64,000 nucleotides of DNA from Candidatus Lachnoclostridium stercoravium (GTDB lineage: Bacteria; Bacillota; Clostridia; Lachnospirales; Lachnospiraceae). The position numbers were made by a program, and so were the translations under genes. Below the pieces are notes generated by a model, which saw only the letters and a list, made by a program, of their open reading frames with translations, made no database searches and was not told where the DNA came from. This document shows positions 36,730 through 46,992 of the stretch, in pieces (positions within the stretch are counted from its first letter, which is position 1; the number at the start of each line of letters is the position of its first letter). The stretch covers positions 54,110-118,109 of the forward strand of contig DWZA01000109.1 of NCBI GenBank assembly GCA_019118365.1, written 5' to 3'.

Positions 36730-37443
36730 TTATTTCGTGCCTTCATTCCATGTCGCTTCAATTGCCAGAAGAGAGTCGTTTACGTGGATCCTCATGGCAT
36801 CCTCGGCGGTCTGAGGATCTCCCTCCTTGATCTTATCTACCAGAAGCCTGTGCCAATATCTGGGATACTGACATCCCGGCGCTCTTGAACCTGTTCCCTT
36901 GCACAGGATCCAGAATAGATTGATCTTGCGCAGCGTATCTACCAGAAGAGAATTTCCTGTAAATTCCGTAAGTCTGGTGTGAAAATTCAGGTGCGTATCG
37001 CTTGTGTTCAGCACTGTATTTTCATTGTAAGGGACTGTATCCAGTTCTGTCGCTAACGCCCACAGCACTGCTTCCTGCTCTGCTGTCATATGTTCTGAGA
37101 GATACCTGGCTGACTGACATTCGATCGCTTCTCTCAGCTGATAGCTCTGGCGGATCTTATCCAGCGTAGGAACCGTAACAAACGACCCCCATTGGGGCTT
37201 CGATTCAACCAGCCTGTCATCCTCAAGCCTTTTTAATGCTTCGATGACCGGGATCACGCTGACGCCCGTAGCGTCCGCCATCTTCCTTCGGGAAAGCTTC
37301 ATTCCCGGCGGGAATTCCCCGTTTAAGATCTTCTGGGAGATGATCCTGTAAGCGACATCGGAGGCTGTCTGAAAACCTGCACCTGCCATCGATGTCTCCC
37401 TTTCTCTGTTTAATGTTTTTTCATTATTCTTTTTATTATCCAT
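36730..37443 (-). CDS. GntR (FadR subfamily) transcriptional regulator
   Basis: GEFPPGMKLS, GVSVIPVIEALKRLE, FCD domain with FH...GN. Confidence 0.93.
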   Translation of the reverse strand: MDNKKNNEKTLNRERETSMAGAGFQTASDVAYRIISQKILNGEFPPGMKLSRRKMADATGVSVIPVIEALKRLEDDRLVESKPQWGSFVTVPTLDKIRQSYQLREAIECQSARYLSEHMTAEQEAVLWALATELDTVPYNENTVLNTSDTHLNFHTRLTEFTGNSLLVDTLRKINLFWILCKGTGSRAPGCQYPRYWHRLLVDKIKEGDPQTAEDAMRIHVNDSLLAIEATWNEGTK

Positions 37444-37469
37444 ACCTCTCTGTCTGTAATTACATAGTA

Positions 37470-37486
37470 TAACTGTTATAACAGTT
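37470..37486. promoter_or_regulatory. Probable GntR autoregulatory operator
   Basis: TAACTGTTATAACAGTT, 17 of 18 bases of the 36627 palindrome. Confidence 0.8.
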
Positions 37487-37660
37487 TGTCAACCAATTTC
37501 GTTTTTCCGTTAGCATTTTTGCCATTTTCAATAAACTGTATACGATCATTTTGTAAATAATGTCCAAAACATGCTTTCATCATATAAAGGCCTCTGCTTT
37601 TAAAAAGGGGCTGATCATCCTTTTCAGGAAGCTGACCAACCCCTTACTGTGTTTTACGGC

Positions 37661-38803
37661 TTATTTCTTGATCTCCATGCCGACGCGCACCAGACGGAAC
37701 GCTCTGTCAGCAGCTCCTTTGTAAAGCTCGACTGCGCGGTCCAGCGCCTCTTCAATGTCCATAGCTCCATTGATCGTCGGTATGATACTCTCTACGCCAA
37801 ATTCAAAGATCTTATCAGCGCCTGTGCCCATACCGCCTACGATAGCGATCGCCGGGATACCGTGGTTCTTACATCTCTGTCCGATGCCGCTTGGAACTTT
37901 GCCGAATGCGGACTGCCAGTCGATACGTCCTTCTCCTGTAACTACCATATCAACGCCTTCCAGCAGCTTGTCAAATTCGATCAGATCCAGAACTGTCTCA
38001 ATGCCGGATTTCATATTAGCATTAAGGAATACCTTAAACGCAGCGCCTAATCCGCCTGCCGCGCCTGTTCCTTCGATCTTGTCCACATCAATGCCTGTTT
38101 TCGCCAGGATGATATCTTTGTACTTGATCATGCCTGCTTCCAGGGTATCCAGGATCTCCGGTGTGCCGCCCTTCTGCTTTCCAAAGGTATAGGTAGCTCC
38201 GTCCGGGCCTGTAAGAGGATTGGTAACGTCGCACATTACCGTAAACTCTGTTTCCTTTACTGCCGGGTGAAGGCCGCTCATATCAAAATCAGCAACTTTT
38301 GTCAGGTCAGATCCAACTCCGGATAATACATTGCCCTCTGCGTCAAAGAACTTCACTCCCAGAGCGCTCATAGCTCCCATGCCGCCGTCGTTGGTAGCGC
38401 TTCCGCCGATAGCGATGGAGATCTTTCTGTATCCGCTGTCCAGCGCGTCTTTGATCAGTTCGCCTGTACCATAGGAAGTGGTATTAAGAGGATTTCTCTT
38501 ATCTGTCGGCACCATAGGAAGTCCGGAAGCCGCAGCCATCTCGATAATAGCGGAATCTCCGTTGAACTCGCCGTATGTAGCTTCTGTCTCTTCCATCAGC
38601 GGGCCGTGAACTTTGACCTTCTTGATCGTTCCCTTCGTCACAGCGATAACTGCATCTACAGTTCCCTCGCCGCCGTCCGCCACCGGAACGCCTGCCGTCT
38701 CGCAGCCTGGAAAGATCTTCTCCGCTGATTCTGTCAGCAGCTCGATGATCTTTTCTGAAGATAATGTTCCCTTAAAGGAATCTGAAGCAAATAAAAATTT
38801 CAT
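37661..38803 (-). CDS. garK: Glycerate kinase
   Basis: ASDSFKG, ADGGEGT, GGSATNDGG, FGKQKG, GAAGG, TGEGRID. Confidence 0.95.
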   Translation of the reverse strand: MKFLFASDSFKGTLSSEKIIELLTESAEKIFPGCETAGVPVADGGEGTVDAVIAVTKGTIKKVKVHGPLMEETEATYGEFNGDSAIIEMAAASGLPMVPTDKRNPLNTTSYGTGELIKDALDSGYRKISIAIGGSATNDGGMGAMSALGVKFFDAEGNVLSGVGSDLTKVADFDMSGLHPAVKETEFTVMCDVTNPLTGPDGATYTFGKQKGGTPEILDTLEAGMIKYKDIILAKTGIDVDKIEGTGAAGGLGAAFKVFLNANMKSGIETVLDLIEFDKLLEGVDMVVTGEGRIDWQSAFGKVPSGIGQRCKNHGIPAIAIVGGMGTGADKIFEFGVESIIPTINGAMDIEEALDRAVELYKGAADRAFRLVRVGMEIKK

Positions 38804-38901
38804 AATGCCCTCCAACCTTTCATAATCTCATACATCATTAGTACTATAATACCACAGATTGAGACAGGCGGACAACCAATTTTTCATATTATTTTCTATC
38901 C

Positions 38902-39039
38902 GTTCAGCCGTGCGCTGCAATAAGCTGAAAAAGGCGAGGAAAGCTTGCTTTCACGAGTTCTTTGAAGCTTATTGCAGCATACGGGGAACCTTCCCCGCTT
39001 CTTGGGCGCTAAAGCGCCCAAGAAGATTTTCGGCTGAAC
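38902..39039. repeat. GTTCAGCCG...CGGCTGAAC element with nested hairpins
   Basis: Same termini; interior CTGCAATAAGCT / AGCTTATTGCAG and CTTCTTGGGCGC / GCGCCCAAGAAG. Confidence 0.8.
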
Positions 39040-39055
39040 GGAATCCGCAATAAAT

Positions 39056-39343
39056 CTACTTTTCTCCTATCTCCGCAAAGAACATCTCATAAAAATCATC
39101 CTGACCGTCCAGCTTTGGAGAATTTTCTCCGCCGCCGTTGGTGCTGCGCTTCATGGTCGCATAAAACTCTTCTCCCGCTTCGATCAGGTCCATCTCATAG
39201 ATCTCATATCCCAGTTCCCGGCACAGCCTGCAGAAAGACTCCACCGGATATTTTTCTTTCCTGGTTTCCAGGAAGCGCTGGCGCAGCGCCTCGTCTTTCC
39301 TGGCCATATTTTCCAATTCGATCAGCATAGCAGGTATCGTCAC
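39056..39343 (-). CDS. Hypothetical protein (95 aa)
   Basis: Clean ORF with GGAGGGG RBS and GTG start; acidic C-terminus with STNGGGEN. Confidence 0.7.
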   Translation of the reverse strand: MTIPAMLIELENMARKDEALRQRFLETRKEKYPVESFCRLCRELGYEIYEMDLIEAGEEFYATMKRSTNGGGENSPKLDGQDDFYEMFFAEIGEK

Positions 39344-39497
39344 ACTAACCCCTCCCTCTTTTTTCTGTATCCCATAATACGCAAAGAGGCAACACGTTCC
39401 CGGCCGCGCTGCCTCTTTGCTTTGTATACTTTTTCTAAAGCTATTATACGGAGTTTACCTCAAAAATTCAATATAAAATTATGGTTCCACGATCATG

Positions 39498-39548
39498 GCA
39501 AGCTTGTAACGCTGTTTATCATATATCCTGGCGCACAGCTGAACTGTT
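39498..39548. repeat. Right half of the GTTCAGCC-family element
   Basis: 51 nt with 2 mismatches to 50488-50538; overlaps the stop codon of the LarA-like gene. Confidence 0.9.
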
Positions 39549-40847
39549 ACGCTTTTCTGATTCCATCTCGTCGATCCTCACCAGATCTCCATTCTCTTTA
39601 AACTGCATATCAAACGGCTTCCCTACGATCTGGATCTGCGGATACCTGGCCGCTTCTTCCCAAAGCGCTTCTGATAAAAAAATCCTTCCGATATCCAGTG
39701 TATTTTTTATCCATATCATTTTAGGCCTCTCATAATCAATACCCATACATCCATTGATCGCCGTCTGTATTGCTACCCTGTCGTTATCAACTACCATTGG
39801 CATCTTCGCGGAATTATAGATTCTGGACGTGATCAGGTTCGGGTAGGTATTCATAAAATCAATGGCATCCCTATATTTTTCCGGAACCACGTCCAGAAGC
39901 CCCATGCCGCAGGCATTTCCATGAGTCTCTTCCGTCAGGCGCAGGCCGCAGATCATCTGCTGATGCGCATCTTTTGGAATGCCGTCATGGGTATACCTGG
40001 AAATGATCATGGTATCCATACCAGCCCCGCTGATATTTTTCCCTGTTTCCTCTACCAGCAGTACGTCGTAGCTGGGAATAACGATCTTAGGAAAATTCTG
40101 ATATGCTTTTTTCAGCAGCAGCGGCTCTTTTTCCAAAATTTCCGCTGCCTTTATCACATGGATCTCCGCAGTTTCGTCATAGGCGTTTTCAATCAGGCCC
40201 ACTCCAAAGAGCACTGGGGTATGTTCCAAAATAAATCTTCCGATCTTCTGGATATTTTCCGACATATTTACCATACCCAGGCTATGGCATAACGCTGCTC
40301 CCTTCTGTTTGCCCAGTCCGATAACAGCCATCTTTAACAGGCCGCTTTCAACCGGACCATTAAAAGATGGATGTGGTTTGATCCGGTTGACCAGGACAAT
40401 GCCGTCGGATTCCAAAGCATATCTGTCCACATATACCGGCAGACCGTCTGGTTCTGTCCTGCCAATGCAGACCGTATCCATAGAGGCCAGGATCGGACAG
40501 CCGCAGCTTTCCTCTGTAATGCCAAGAGAAGCCAGAACCTCAGCCTGCCCCTGAGCTGTAGCCCCGCCGTGGCTCCCCATAGCTGGTATGATAAAGGGTT
40601 CCCCGCCTTTTTCCCGGATAAAACTGGCAATTTCACTGATAACCAGGGCGATGTTATCGATTCCCCTGCTTCCTGCCGTAATAGCAATGCGGCCGCCCGG
40701 CCTGACCGAAGCGCCTGCGCCGGAAAGCTCCAGCCTTTTACGGATTTCGGCTTTCGGATCTTCCACTTTCGGCCTTGGAAATATCTGTCTTGCTTCCACC
40801 ATTCTGGGAATTTTAATATGGGAAACCAGTTCTGCCAATCTGCTCAT
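39519..40847 (-). CDS. LarA superfamily (lactate racemase domain) protein
   Basis: AITAGSRGI, PAMGSHGGATAQGQ, NRIKPH, ESGLLKM..IGLGKQKGA, GMDT, NACGMG. Confidence 0.82.
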   Translation of the reverse strand: MSRLAELVSHIKIPRMVEARQIFPRPKVEDPKAEIRKRLELSGAGASVRPGGRIAITAGSRGIDNIALVISEIASFIREKGGEPFIIPAMGSHGGATAQGQAEVLASLGITEESCGCPILASMDTVCIGRTEPDGLPVYVDRYALESDGIVLVNRIKPHPSFNGPVESGLLKMAVIGLGKQKGAALCHSLGMVNMSENIQKIGRFILEHTPVLFGVGLIENAYDETAEIHVIKAAEILEKEPLLLKKAYQNFPKIVIPSYDVLLVEETGKNISGAGMDTMIISRYTHDGIPKDAHQQMICGLRLTEETHGNACGMGLLDVVPEKYRDAIDFMNTYPNLITSRIYNSAKMPMVVDNDRVAIQTAINGCMGIDYERPKMIWIKNTLDIGRIFLSEALWEEAARYPQIQIVGKPFDMQFKENGDLVRIDEMESEKRNSSAVRQDI

Positions 40848-40865
40848 AGTCCGTCCTTTCTCCGC

Positions 40866-42161
40866 TCAGCCGATCTTTCCTACGCCGATCAGATTGCCCT
40901 CTTCGTCAAATTTCATTTCTTCCGGTTCTGATTCGATCACAAGGCGCGGATTTTTCTTTGCCTCCTCGTAATACGCTTCTGAAAGCATGATATGTTCTAC
41001 CTGGAGGCTATTGGCGATGCGGACGATCCGCACGTTGTCTTTATCGATGCCGGTGCAGGTGCGGATGCAGACCTGGATGGCTTCCTTATCATTTTTCATT
41101 ACCATAGGCACTCTGGCATTTTCTACCACTGTGGACGTGATCAGGTTCGGATAAGTCAGGTCAAAATCCACTTTGTCGAAAAATCTCCTGGTAGTGGCGT
41201 GAGCCATTCCCATGCCGCAGCCGCTGTGATGGCTTTCCTTGCTCAGATCCAGGATCGCCACTCTCTGAGACTTCAGTCCGCCGCTTGCGTAAGGCGTGAC
41301 AAAAGTTCCTGTGATATTGGGATCCATGCCGCTTCCGCTGAAATTCTTTCCGATCACATCGCAGATAAGTACGTCGCATTCCGGCACCACGATACAGGGT
41401 AAAAGCTGCTTTGCCTCTTCCAGAAGGGCCGGCTCCCAGTCCTCGATCTCGTCGTGGTTTACCACTGCGATCTTTGCCGTCTCATCGTAGGCGTTTTCCA
41501 GGACTGCTACGGCAAAAAGGATATTGACATGCTTTAAGATCGCCCGGCCGAACATGGGCACATATTTTGCCATCTGCCCAAATCCTGCTTCATGGCATAC
41601 TTCTGCTCCGGCCTGCTTGCCAAGGCCGATGGTCATCATTTTCATAATGCCGCTTTCATACGGGCCTCGGAAGCATGTATGGGGTTTGATCCGGCAGTTG
41701 ACGATGATGCCGTCCGCTTCTGCGGCGTCCCTTCCGATCAGCACGTCCATCCCTTCTTCATTGACGCCGATCTTTACCACTTCCATGCTGCATTTTACCG
41801 GACAGCCCATAGATTCTTCAGTCACCCCATAATTTTTAAGGATCTCCCTCTGCCCTTCTTCCGTGGCTCCGCCGTGGCTTCCCATGGCGGCTACGATAAA
41901 CGGTTTTCCGCCCTTTTCCTTTACAAAATCCACGATCGTTTTTGTGATCGTCAGGATATTGGCGATCTGGCGGCTCCCTACGGTGATCGCCACGGTCATC
42001 CCCGGTTTGATCTGGGAGGCAAATTTTTCTTCATTCATCTTCTCTCCCAGGATCTCCGGGATCTGATCCGCCTCGATCCTGTCCTCCGGAAATATCTGCC
42101 TCACCTGAAACATCCGGGGGATCTTCACATTTTCTACCAAGCTCGATACCACGCTCTTCAT
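40866..42161 (-). CDS. LarA superfamily (lactate racemase domain) protein, paralog
   Basis: AITVGSRQI, AMGSHGGATEEGQ, RIKPH, ESGIMKM..IGLGKQAGA, GMDPN. Confidence 0.82.
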   Translation of the reverse strand: MKSVVSSLVENVKIPRMFQVRQIFPEDRIEADQIPEILGEKMNEEKFASQIKPGMTVAITVGSRQIANILTITKTIVDFVKEKGGKPFIVAAMGSHGGATEEGQREILKNYGVTEESMGCPVKCSMEVVKIGVNEEGMDVLIGRDAAEADGIIVNCRIKPHTCFRGPYESGIMKMMTIGLGKQAGAEVCHEAGFGQMAKYVPMFGRAILKHVNILFAVAVLENAYDETAKIAVVNHDEIEDWEPALLEEAKQLLPCIVVPECDVLICDVIGKNFSGSGMDPNITGTFVTPYASGGLKSQRVAILDLSKESHHSGCGMGMAHATTRRFFDKVDFDLTYPNLITSTVVENARVPMVMKNDKEAIQVCIRTCTGIDKDNVRIVRIANSLQVEHIMLSEAYYEEAKKNPRLVIESEPEEMKFDEEGNLIGVGKIG

Positions 42162-42334
42162 ATTCTGTCCCTTGCCTTTCTTTGCTGTCTGTTACCCGGC
42201 AAATGTCTTTCCCTGCAGATGCGGCGGCAGATTTCCGGGTATATTGCCAGAAAAGGCGCTGCTAAAAATAGCAGCGCCTCCTTTGGGTCAATCTTCTGGA
42301 GAACTTATGGTCTGCGTCAGCAGACCTTTACATC

Positions 42335-43378
42335 TTACTGCGCTTCCAGCTCATCAGCGATAGCTTTGATCGTATTGAAAGTTTCTTCTTCTGTCTTCTC
42401 TGTATCTGCCGGGCTCTTATAGTTCGGTTCCATCTGGAGATCTGCAAGAGCCTGCTTGCCTTCCTCGCTGTCTAAGATCTGCTTAACCAGGTTGTCGTAC
42501 CATGTGATAACCTCGTCTGGTGTTTCCTTCGGGAAGTAGAAGGAGAATTCCTGGTTCGGATAGGAGTAGTCGATACCCTGTTCTTTCAGTGTTGGAAGAT
42601 CCTTTGTGATATCGTATCTCTCTTCTGTCGGAACGCCGATGCAGGTGAAGTCGCCTGTTTCAAGGTAATCCTTGCAGTTTACATACGGGCCAGGCATTAA
42701 GTCGATCTGTCCGGAAAGCATAGCTGCGATCTTATCGGATGTAGAACCTGCGTCTACAAGGTCAAGGTCGATGCCTGCAGCTTTCTCGAATCCAAGAAGC
42801 TCATAATATGTATAAGCGCCAACCTCTGTACATGCCTTTAACTGGCCAGGAGCAGCCTTTGCAGCCTCGATAAAGGAATCCAGATCCGGATATTTGTCTG
42901 TAAAGGTGTAGAACTGCTGTGCCGGCTCAAGAGCGAAGCTTGGTCCGATCTTGAATGCTGTGTAGTTGTAATCTGTAACGCCTGCGATGTTCGCAACGTT
43001 TACAAGAGCGTGGCCGTAAAGGCAGGTCATGCCGTCCGGAGCGGACTCCAGAACCTGGTTAGCTGCTACAGAACCAGCGGCGCCATTGGAGTTTACAACG
43101 ATGAAGTCAACGCCTGTCAGCTCTTTTGCGTACTGTGCGAATACACGTGCGGAAAGGTCTGTGTCTCCGCCTGCTCCTGCAGGTACTACGATAGATACAG
43201 TTCCTTCTGGTTTCCAGTCGCTTGCTGCCGCTGCATCGCCGCCCTCTGCTGCGGCTTCGCTTCCGGACTCAGCTGCCGGAGCTGCTGTTGTTTCAGAAGC
43301 TGTCTCAGATCCGCCGCAGGCTGCCAGGCTGAGAGCCATGGTTCCTGCCAGAATAGTTGCCAGGATTTTCTTTTTCAT
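42335..43378 (-). CDS. tctC: TctC/Bug family substrate-binding lipoprotein
   Basis: Lipobox LAAC, Ala/Glu-rich linker, VPAGAGGDTDLSAR. Confidence 0.92.
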   Translation of the reverse strand: MKKKILATILAGTMALSLAACGGSETASETTAAPAAESGSEAAAEGGDAAAASDWKPEGTVSIVVPAGAGGDTDLSARVFAQYAKELTGVDFIVVNSNGAAGSVAANQVLESAPDGMTCLYGHALVNVANIAGVTDYNYTAFKIGPSFALEPAQQFYTFTDKYPDLDSFIEAAKAAPGQLKACTEVGAYTYYELLGFEKAAGIDLDLVDAGSTSDKIAAMLSGQIDLMPGPYVNCKDYLETGDFTCIGVPTEERYDITKDLPTLKEQGIDYSYPNQEFSFYFPKETPDEVITWYDNLVKQILDSEEGKQALADLQMEPNYKSPADTEKTEEETFNTIKAIADELEAQ

Positions 43379-43442
43379 AATAATCTCTCCTTTTTGATGA
43401 ATTTTATATAAAATCTTTATTTTATATCAGTTTGAAATCTCC

Positions 43443-44960
43443 TTACGTGATCGGCGCCGGATTGAAAATGCACAGATCGTTGCACAGATTATACTGCTCT
43501 GCGAAAGGTTTCTTCCTGCCGCTGGCCACGTCGATGATCTCGTTAAACAGCAGTGTTCCGATGTCGGCGATAGTAGCGTCTCCCGTAGCGATCGGGCCTG
43601 CGCATACATCGATCAGATCCGGCCACTGTTCCTTCATATCATTTCTGGAACATACTTTGATCACCGGGGCGATCGCAAGGCCGTAAGGCGTTCCGCGTCC
43701 TGTCATAAATACCTGAAGTCCGATGCCGGAAGCCAGCTGGCACGGTCCGCAGACAATATCGCTTGCAGGCGTAGCCGCATAGATCAGGCCGTGTTTCGTA
43801 GGCTTTTCTCCTGGGGAAAGGACTTCCACGATCGGAGAGGTTCCGGATTTTGCGATGGAACCCATGGCCTTTTCCACGATATTGGCAAGGCCTCCTTTTT
43901 TATTGCCGGGAGTCGGGTTGGCGCTGCGGTCTACTTCTCCTTCTTTCAGGTAGTTGTCGTACCACTTCATCTCAGCTGCCAGCTTTTTGCCCACCTCTTC
44001 ATTGATACAGCGGTGAGCCAGGAGGTAAACTCCGTCCCGGACTTCAGTTACTTCTGAAAACATTACTGTAGCTCCGCCTTTTACCAGCATATCCGCCGCA
44101 TAGCCTGCGGATGGATTGGCCGTTACGCCGGAGAAGGCGTCGCTTCCGCCGCACTGCATACCGATAAGAAGATCGGATAAAGGAAGAGTCTCCCTCTTTC
44201 TCTCGTTTAAGATCTTAAGCTTCTTATCCGCCATTTCCATCAGCGCGTCGATCATAGCCTGAAAGCCCTGTTTTTCCTGAAGGACGATCACGTTCTCCGG
44301 GCTGATATCGGCTTCGTCCAGAAGCTTTTCTACTGTAAGCTTCTCACATCCCAGGCTGACTACCATCAGCTGGCCGCCGAAATTCGGATGCTTTGCCAGG
44401 TTTCTTAAAGAACGGATGGGAACCACCGCCTCCGGAGCGTTGATAGCAACGCCGCAGCCGTAAGCATGGTTGATCGGCACGATAGCGTCTACGTTGGGAT
44501 ACTTTGGAAGAAGCTCTTTTCTCATCTTCTCAACCGCCACGTTCAGCACGCCGGTCACGCACTGTACTGTGGTGGAAATGCCCAGGATATTCCTGGTCCC
44601 TGCCGGGCCGCCCCACGGATTCCGATAGCCTTCCCAGGTCTTTACCGGAGGCTCTGGAAGATCTGTCACGATATTAGTGGCAAATTCCATATTGTCTACA
44701 TCCGGCGGAGTGGGAAGCTCCAGCATAAACTCATTGATCCAGTCGCCTTTTTTGATCTCTTCCAGGGCATAGCCTAAAACTACGCCGTAGCGGATCACAG
44801 GTTCTCCCTTAGGGATATCCTGGAGGGCGATCTTATGAGCCTGTGGGATGTCATGGCGGGCGGTCACGCCCTCCATGACTTCTGTTCCTGCTTTGATCTC
44901 GTTTACCGCGATCGCCACATTATCTTCGTCTTTGATCTTTACATATAAAGGAATGCTCAT
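43443..44960 (-). CDS. garD: Galactarate dehydratase (SAF + UxaA/GarD)
   Basis: DNVAIA, HKIAL, GTRNILGI, HAYGCG, QCGGSDAFSG, NPTPGNKKGG, FNPAPIT. Confidence 0.93.
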   Translation of the reverse strand: MSIPLYVKIKDEDNVAIAVNEIKAGTEVMEGVTARHDIPQAHKIALQDIPKGEPVIRYGVVLGYALEEIKKGDWINEFMLELPTPPDVDNMEFATNIVTDLPEPPVKTWEGYRNPWGGPAGTRNILGISTTVQCVTGVLNVAVEKMRKELLPKYPNVDAIVPINHAYGCGVAINAPEAVVPIRSLRNLAKHPNFGGQLMVVSLGCEKLTVEKLLDEADISPENVIVLQEKQGFQAMIDALMEMADKKLKILNERKRETLPLSDLLIGMQCGGSDAFSGVTANPSAGYAADMLVKGGATVMFSEVTEVRDGVYLLAHRCINEEVGKKLAAEMKWYDNYLKEGEVDRSANPTPGNKKGGLANIVEKAMGSIAKSGTSPIVEVLSPGEKPTKHGLIYAATPASDIVCGPCQLASGIGLQVFMTGRGTPYGLAIAPVIKVCSRNDMKEQWPDLIDVCAGPIATGDATIADIGTLLFNEIIDVASGRKKPFAEQYNLCNDLCIFNPAPIT

Positions 44961-44977
44961 TTTCCCCCTCTTTTCTT

Positions 44978-46483
44978 TTACGCCGCTTTCTTTTTCTTCA
45001 GGTAAGCGCGGTATTCTTTATACATCGTCCATACGAGAACGCCGATAGCGATAAAGAAGAACGCATCGAAGATCGGTCTTTCAAAGAATGCTCCAAAGGA
45101 CTTGTACTGCATGATGCCTCGTCTTAAGTATGTCTCCAGCATTTCCCCGATCAGGAAGCACAGTACGAACGGGGTCGTCGGCAGGCTGAACTTGTGGTAC
45201 AGATAGCCGATCACGCCGAATACCAGTACAGACTGTACGTCGAAGATACGGTTGTTGGTAGCGTACGCGCCTACGCAGCACAGTACCAGGATCAGCGGAA
45301 GCAGGATGTGCTTCGGCACCTTTAATACCTGTACGAAGCCTTTGATACAGGTCCATTCTACGATCAGCATGATGAACGCGCAGATCATACATGCAGCGAA
45401 GATTCCATATACAACGTCCGCATTCTTTACGAACAGCAGCGGGCCTGCGGAAAGTCCGTGGATCAGGAAGCCGCCTAACATCATAGCCGTAACGCCGTCT
45501 CCTGGGATACCAAGTACCAGCAGCGGGATCATGGCTCCGCCGATGGTGGCGTTGTTTGCAGACTCAGTAGCTACGATACCGTCCGGGCAGCCTTTACCAA
45601 AGCGCTCCGGATATTTGGACATATTTCTCGCTGTTACGTATGCCAGCATACCGGAGGTGGAACCGCCGATACCAGGCAGGATACCGATACCGGTACCGAT
45701 CAGAGAAGAACGTACGAAGTTCGGCAGATGGTGTACAAATTCCTGCCAGCTGAAGCCAAAGCCTTTTACTTTTTTGACTGCCAGCGTCTCTACCTTGCCG
45801 CCCTTCATGCTCTCTGCAGTGATCAGGATATCGGAGATAGCGAAGATACCGATCAGGGTAGGAAGAGTATCAAAACCAGCCATCAGGCTGCTGTTTCCAA
45901 AGGTAAATCTTGCAGTACCGTCGATAGGAGCCATGCCGATCAGGGTGAACATCAGTCCCAGCATACCGGCCAGGATACCACGGAGCATATTTCCGGAAGA
46001 AAGGATGGCCACCATGGTCAGGGCGAAGAAGCAGATACCGAAGTTCTCCGCCGGCGTGAACTTCAGGGCGATGTCCGCTAAGGACGGCGCGCAGAAGGTC
46101 AGGATGATAAAGGAAAATACTGAGCCAAGGAACGAGAACACGATACCAAGTCCCAAAGCTTTCATGGCCTCGCCGTTCTGGGCCATGGGGTAGCCGTCAA
46201 AGGTAGTGGCGATAGACGAGGCCGTACCTGGCATGTTCAGCAGGATGGCCGAGATCAGACCGCCGGAGATACCGCCGATGTAAACGGCTACTAATGTGTT
46301 CAGGCCCATGGAAGGCGTCATGCTGAAAGTCAGAGGCAGCATGAGCGCTACCGCCATTGAAGCGGACAGGCCTGGGATAGATCCAAATACGATACCGATG
46401 GCAACGCCGGCCACCATCATGGCCAGAGACGCCGGTGTACAAACGCTGACGTACGCGTTTCCTAACATTGCTAATGCTTCCAT
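44978..46483 (-). CDS. tctA: Tripartite tricarboxylate transporter TctA
   Basis: MPGTASSIATTFDGYPMA, ESANNA, LGIPGD. Confidence 0.95.
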   Translation of the reverse strand: MEALAMLGNAYVSVCTPASLAMMVAGVAIGIVFGSIPGLSASMAVALMLPLTFSMTPSMGLNTLVAVYIGGISGGLISAILLNMPGTASSIATTFDGYPMAQNGEAMKALGLGIVFSFLGSVFSFIILTFCAPSLADIALKFTPAENFGICFFALTMVAILSSGNMLRGILAGMLGLMFTLIGMAPIDGTARFTFGNSSLMAGFDTLPTLIGIFAISDILITAESMKGGKVETLAVKKVKGFGFSWQEFVHHLPNFVRSSLIGTGIGILPGIGGSTSGMLAYVTARNMSKYPERFGKGCPDGIVATESANNATIGGAMIPLLVLGIPGDGVTAMMLGGFLIHGLSAGPLLFVKNADVVYGIFAACMICAFIMLIVEWTCIKGFVQVLKVPKHILLPLILVLCCVGAYATNNRIFDVQSVLVFGVIGYLYHKFSLPTTPFVLCFLIGEMLETYLRRGIMQYKSFGAFFERPIFDAFFFIAIGVLVWTMYKEYRAYLKKKKAA

Positions 46484-46494
46484 ACTTCCACCTC

Positions 46495-46992
46495 CTATAA
46501 GTTGATCGTAAAGATACCTGCCGGCAGCACGATCTTGAACCCGTAACGGAACAGGAAGAATACTACCAGGGTAAATACAACGTTCAGGACAGCCAGTTTG
46601 ATGATGTCCGCTTTTGTCCTCTTGTCATCCGGGGACAGGACGATCATCTGGGCCATCAGGTAAACCAGCGTGGAAATAAGGAATCCTACCGGCTGGAGGA
46701 TGAACACGTAGATCAGCACCAGGATGATACTTAAGAGCACGCGCTTGTAATCGCAGTCCGGAATGGAAGCCGGGTCGATCTCAGCGATGCGCAGCTTCAT
46801 ATTTTTTACATTTAAGAATGTCAGGAGCGCTGCCAGGATAAAGCTGACGGCGCCGATACACATAGGCATGAAATCCGGTCCGATCTCCATGACCTTGGAC
46901 TTTGGCAGCAACTGGGCGCCGATCATGATCGCTGCAGAGAGAGCCATAAAGAACACGCCTACAACGATGTCTCCATACTTTTTGAAGAACAT
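46495..46992 (-). CDS. tctB: Tripartite tricarboxylate transporter TctB
   Basis: IGPDFMP, GFLIST, FKIVLPAG. Confidence 0.88.
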   Translation of the reverse strand: MFFKKYGDIVVGVFFMALSAAIMIGAQLLPKSKVMEIGPDFMPMCIGAVSFILAALLTFLNVKNMKLRIAEIDPASIPDCDYKRVLLSIILVLIYVFILQPVGFLISTLVYLMAQMIVLSPDDKRTKADIIKLAVLNVVFTLVVFFLFRYGFKIVLPAGIFTINL

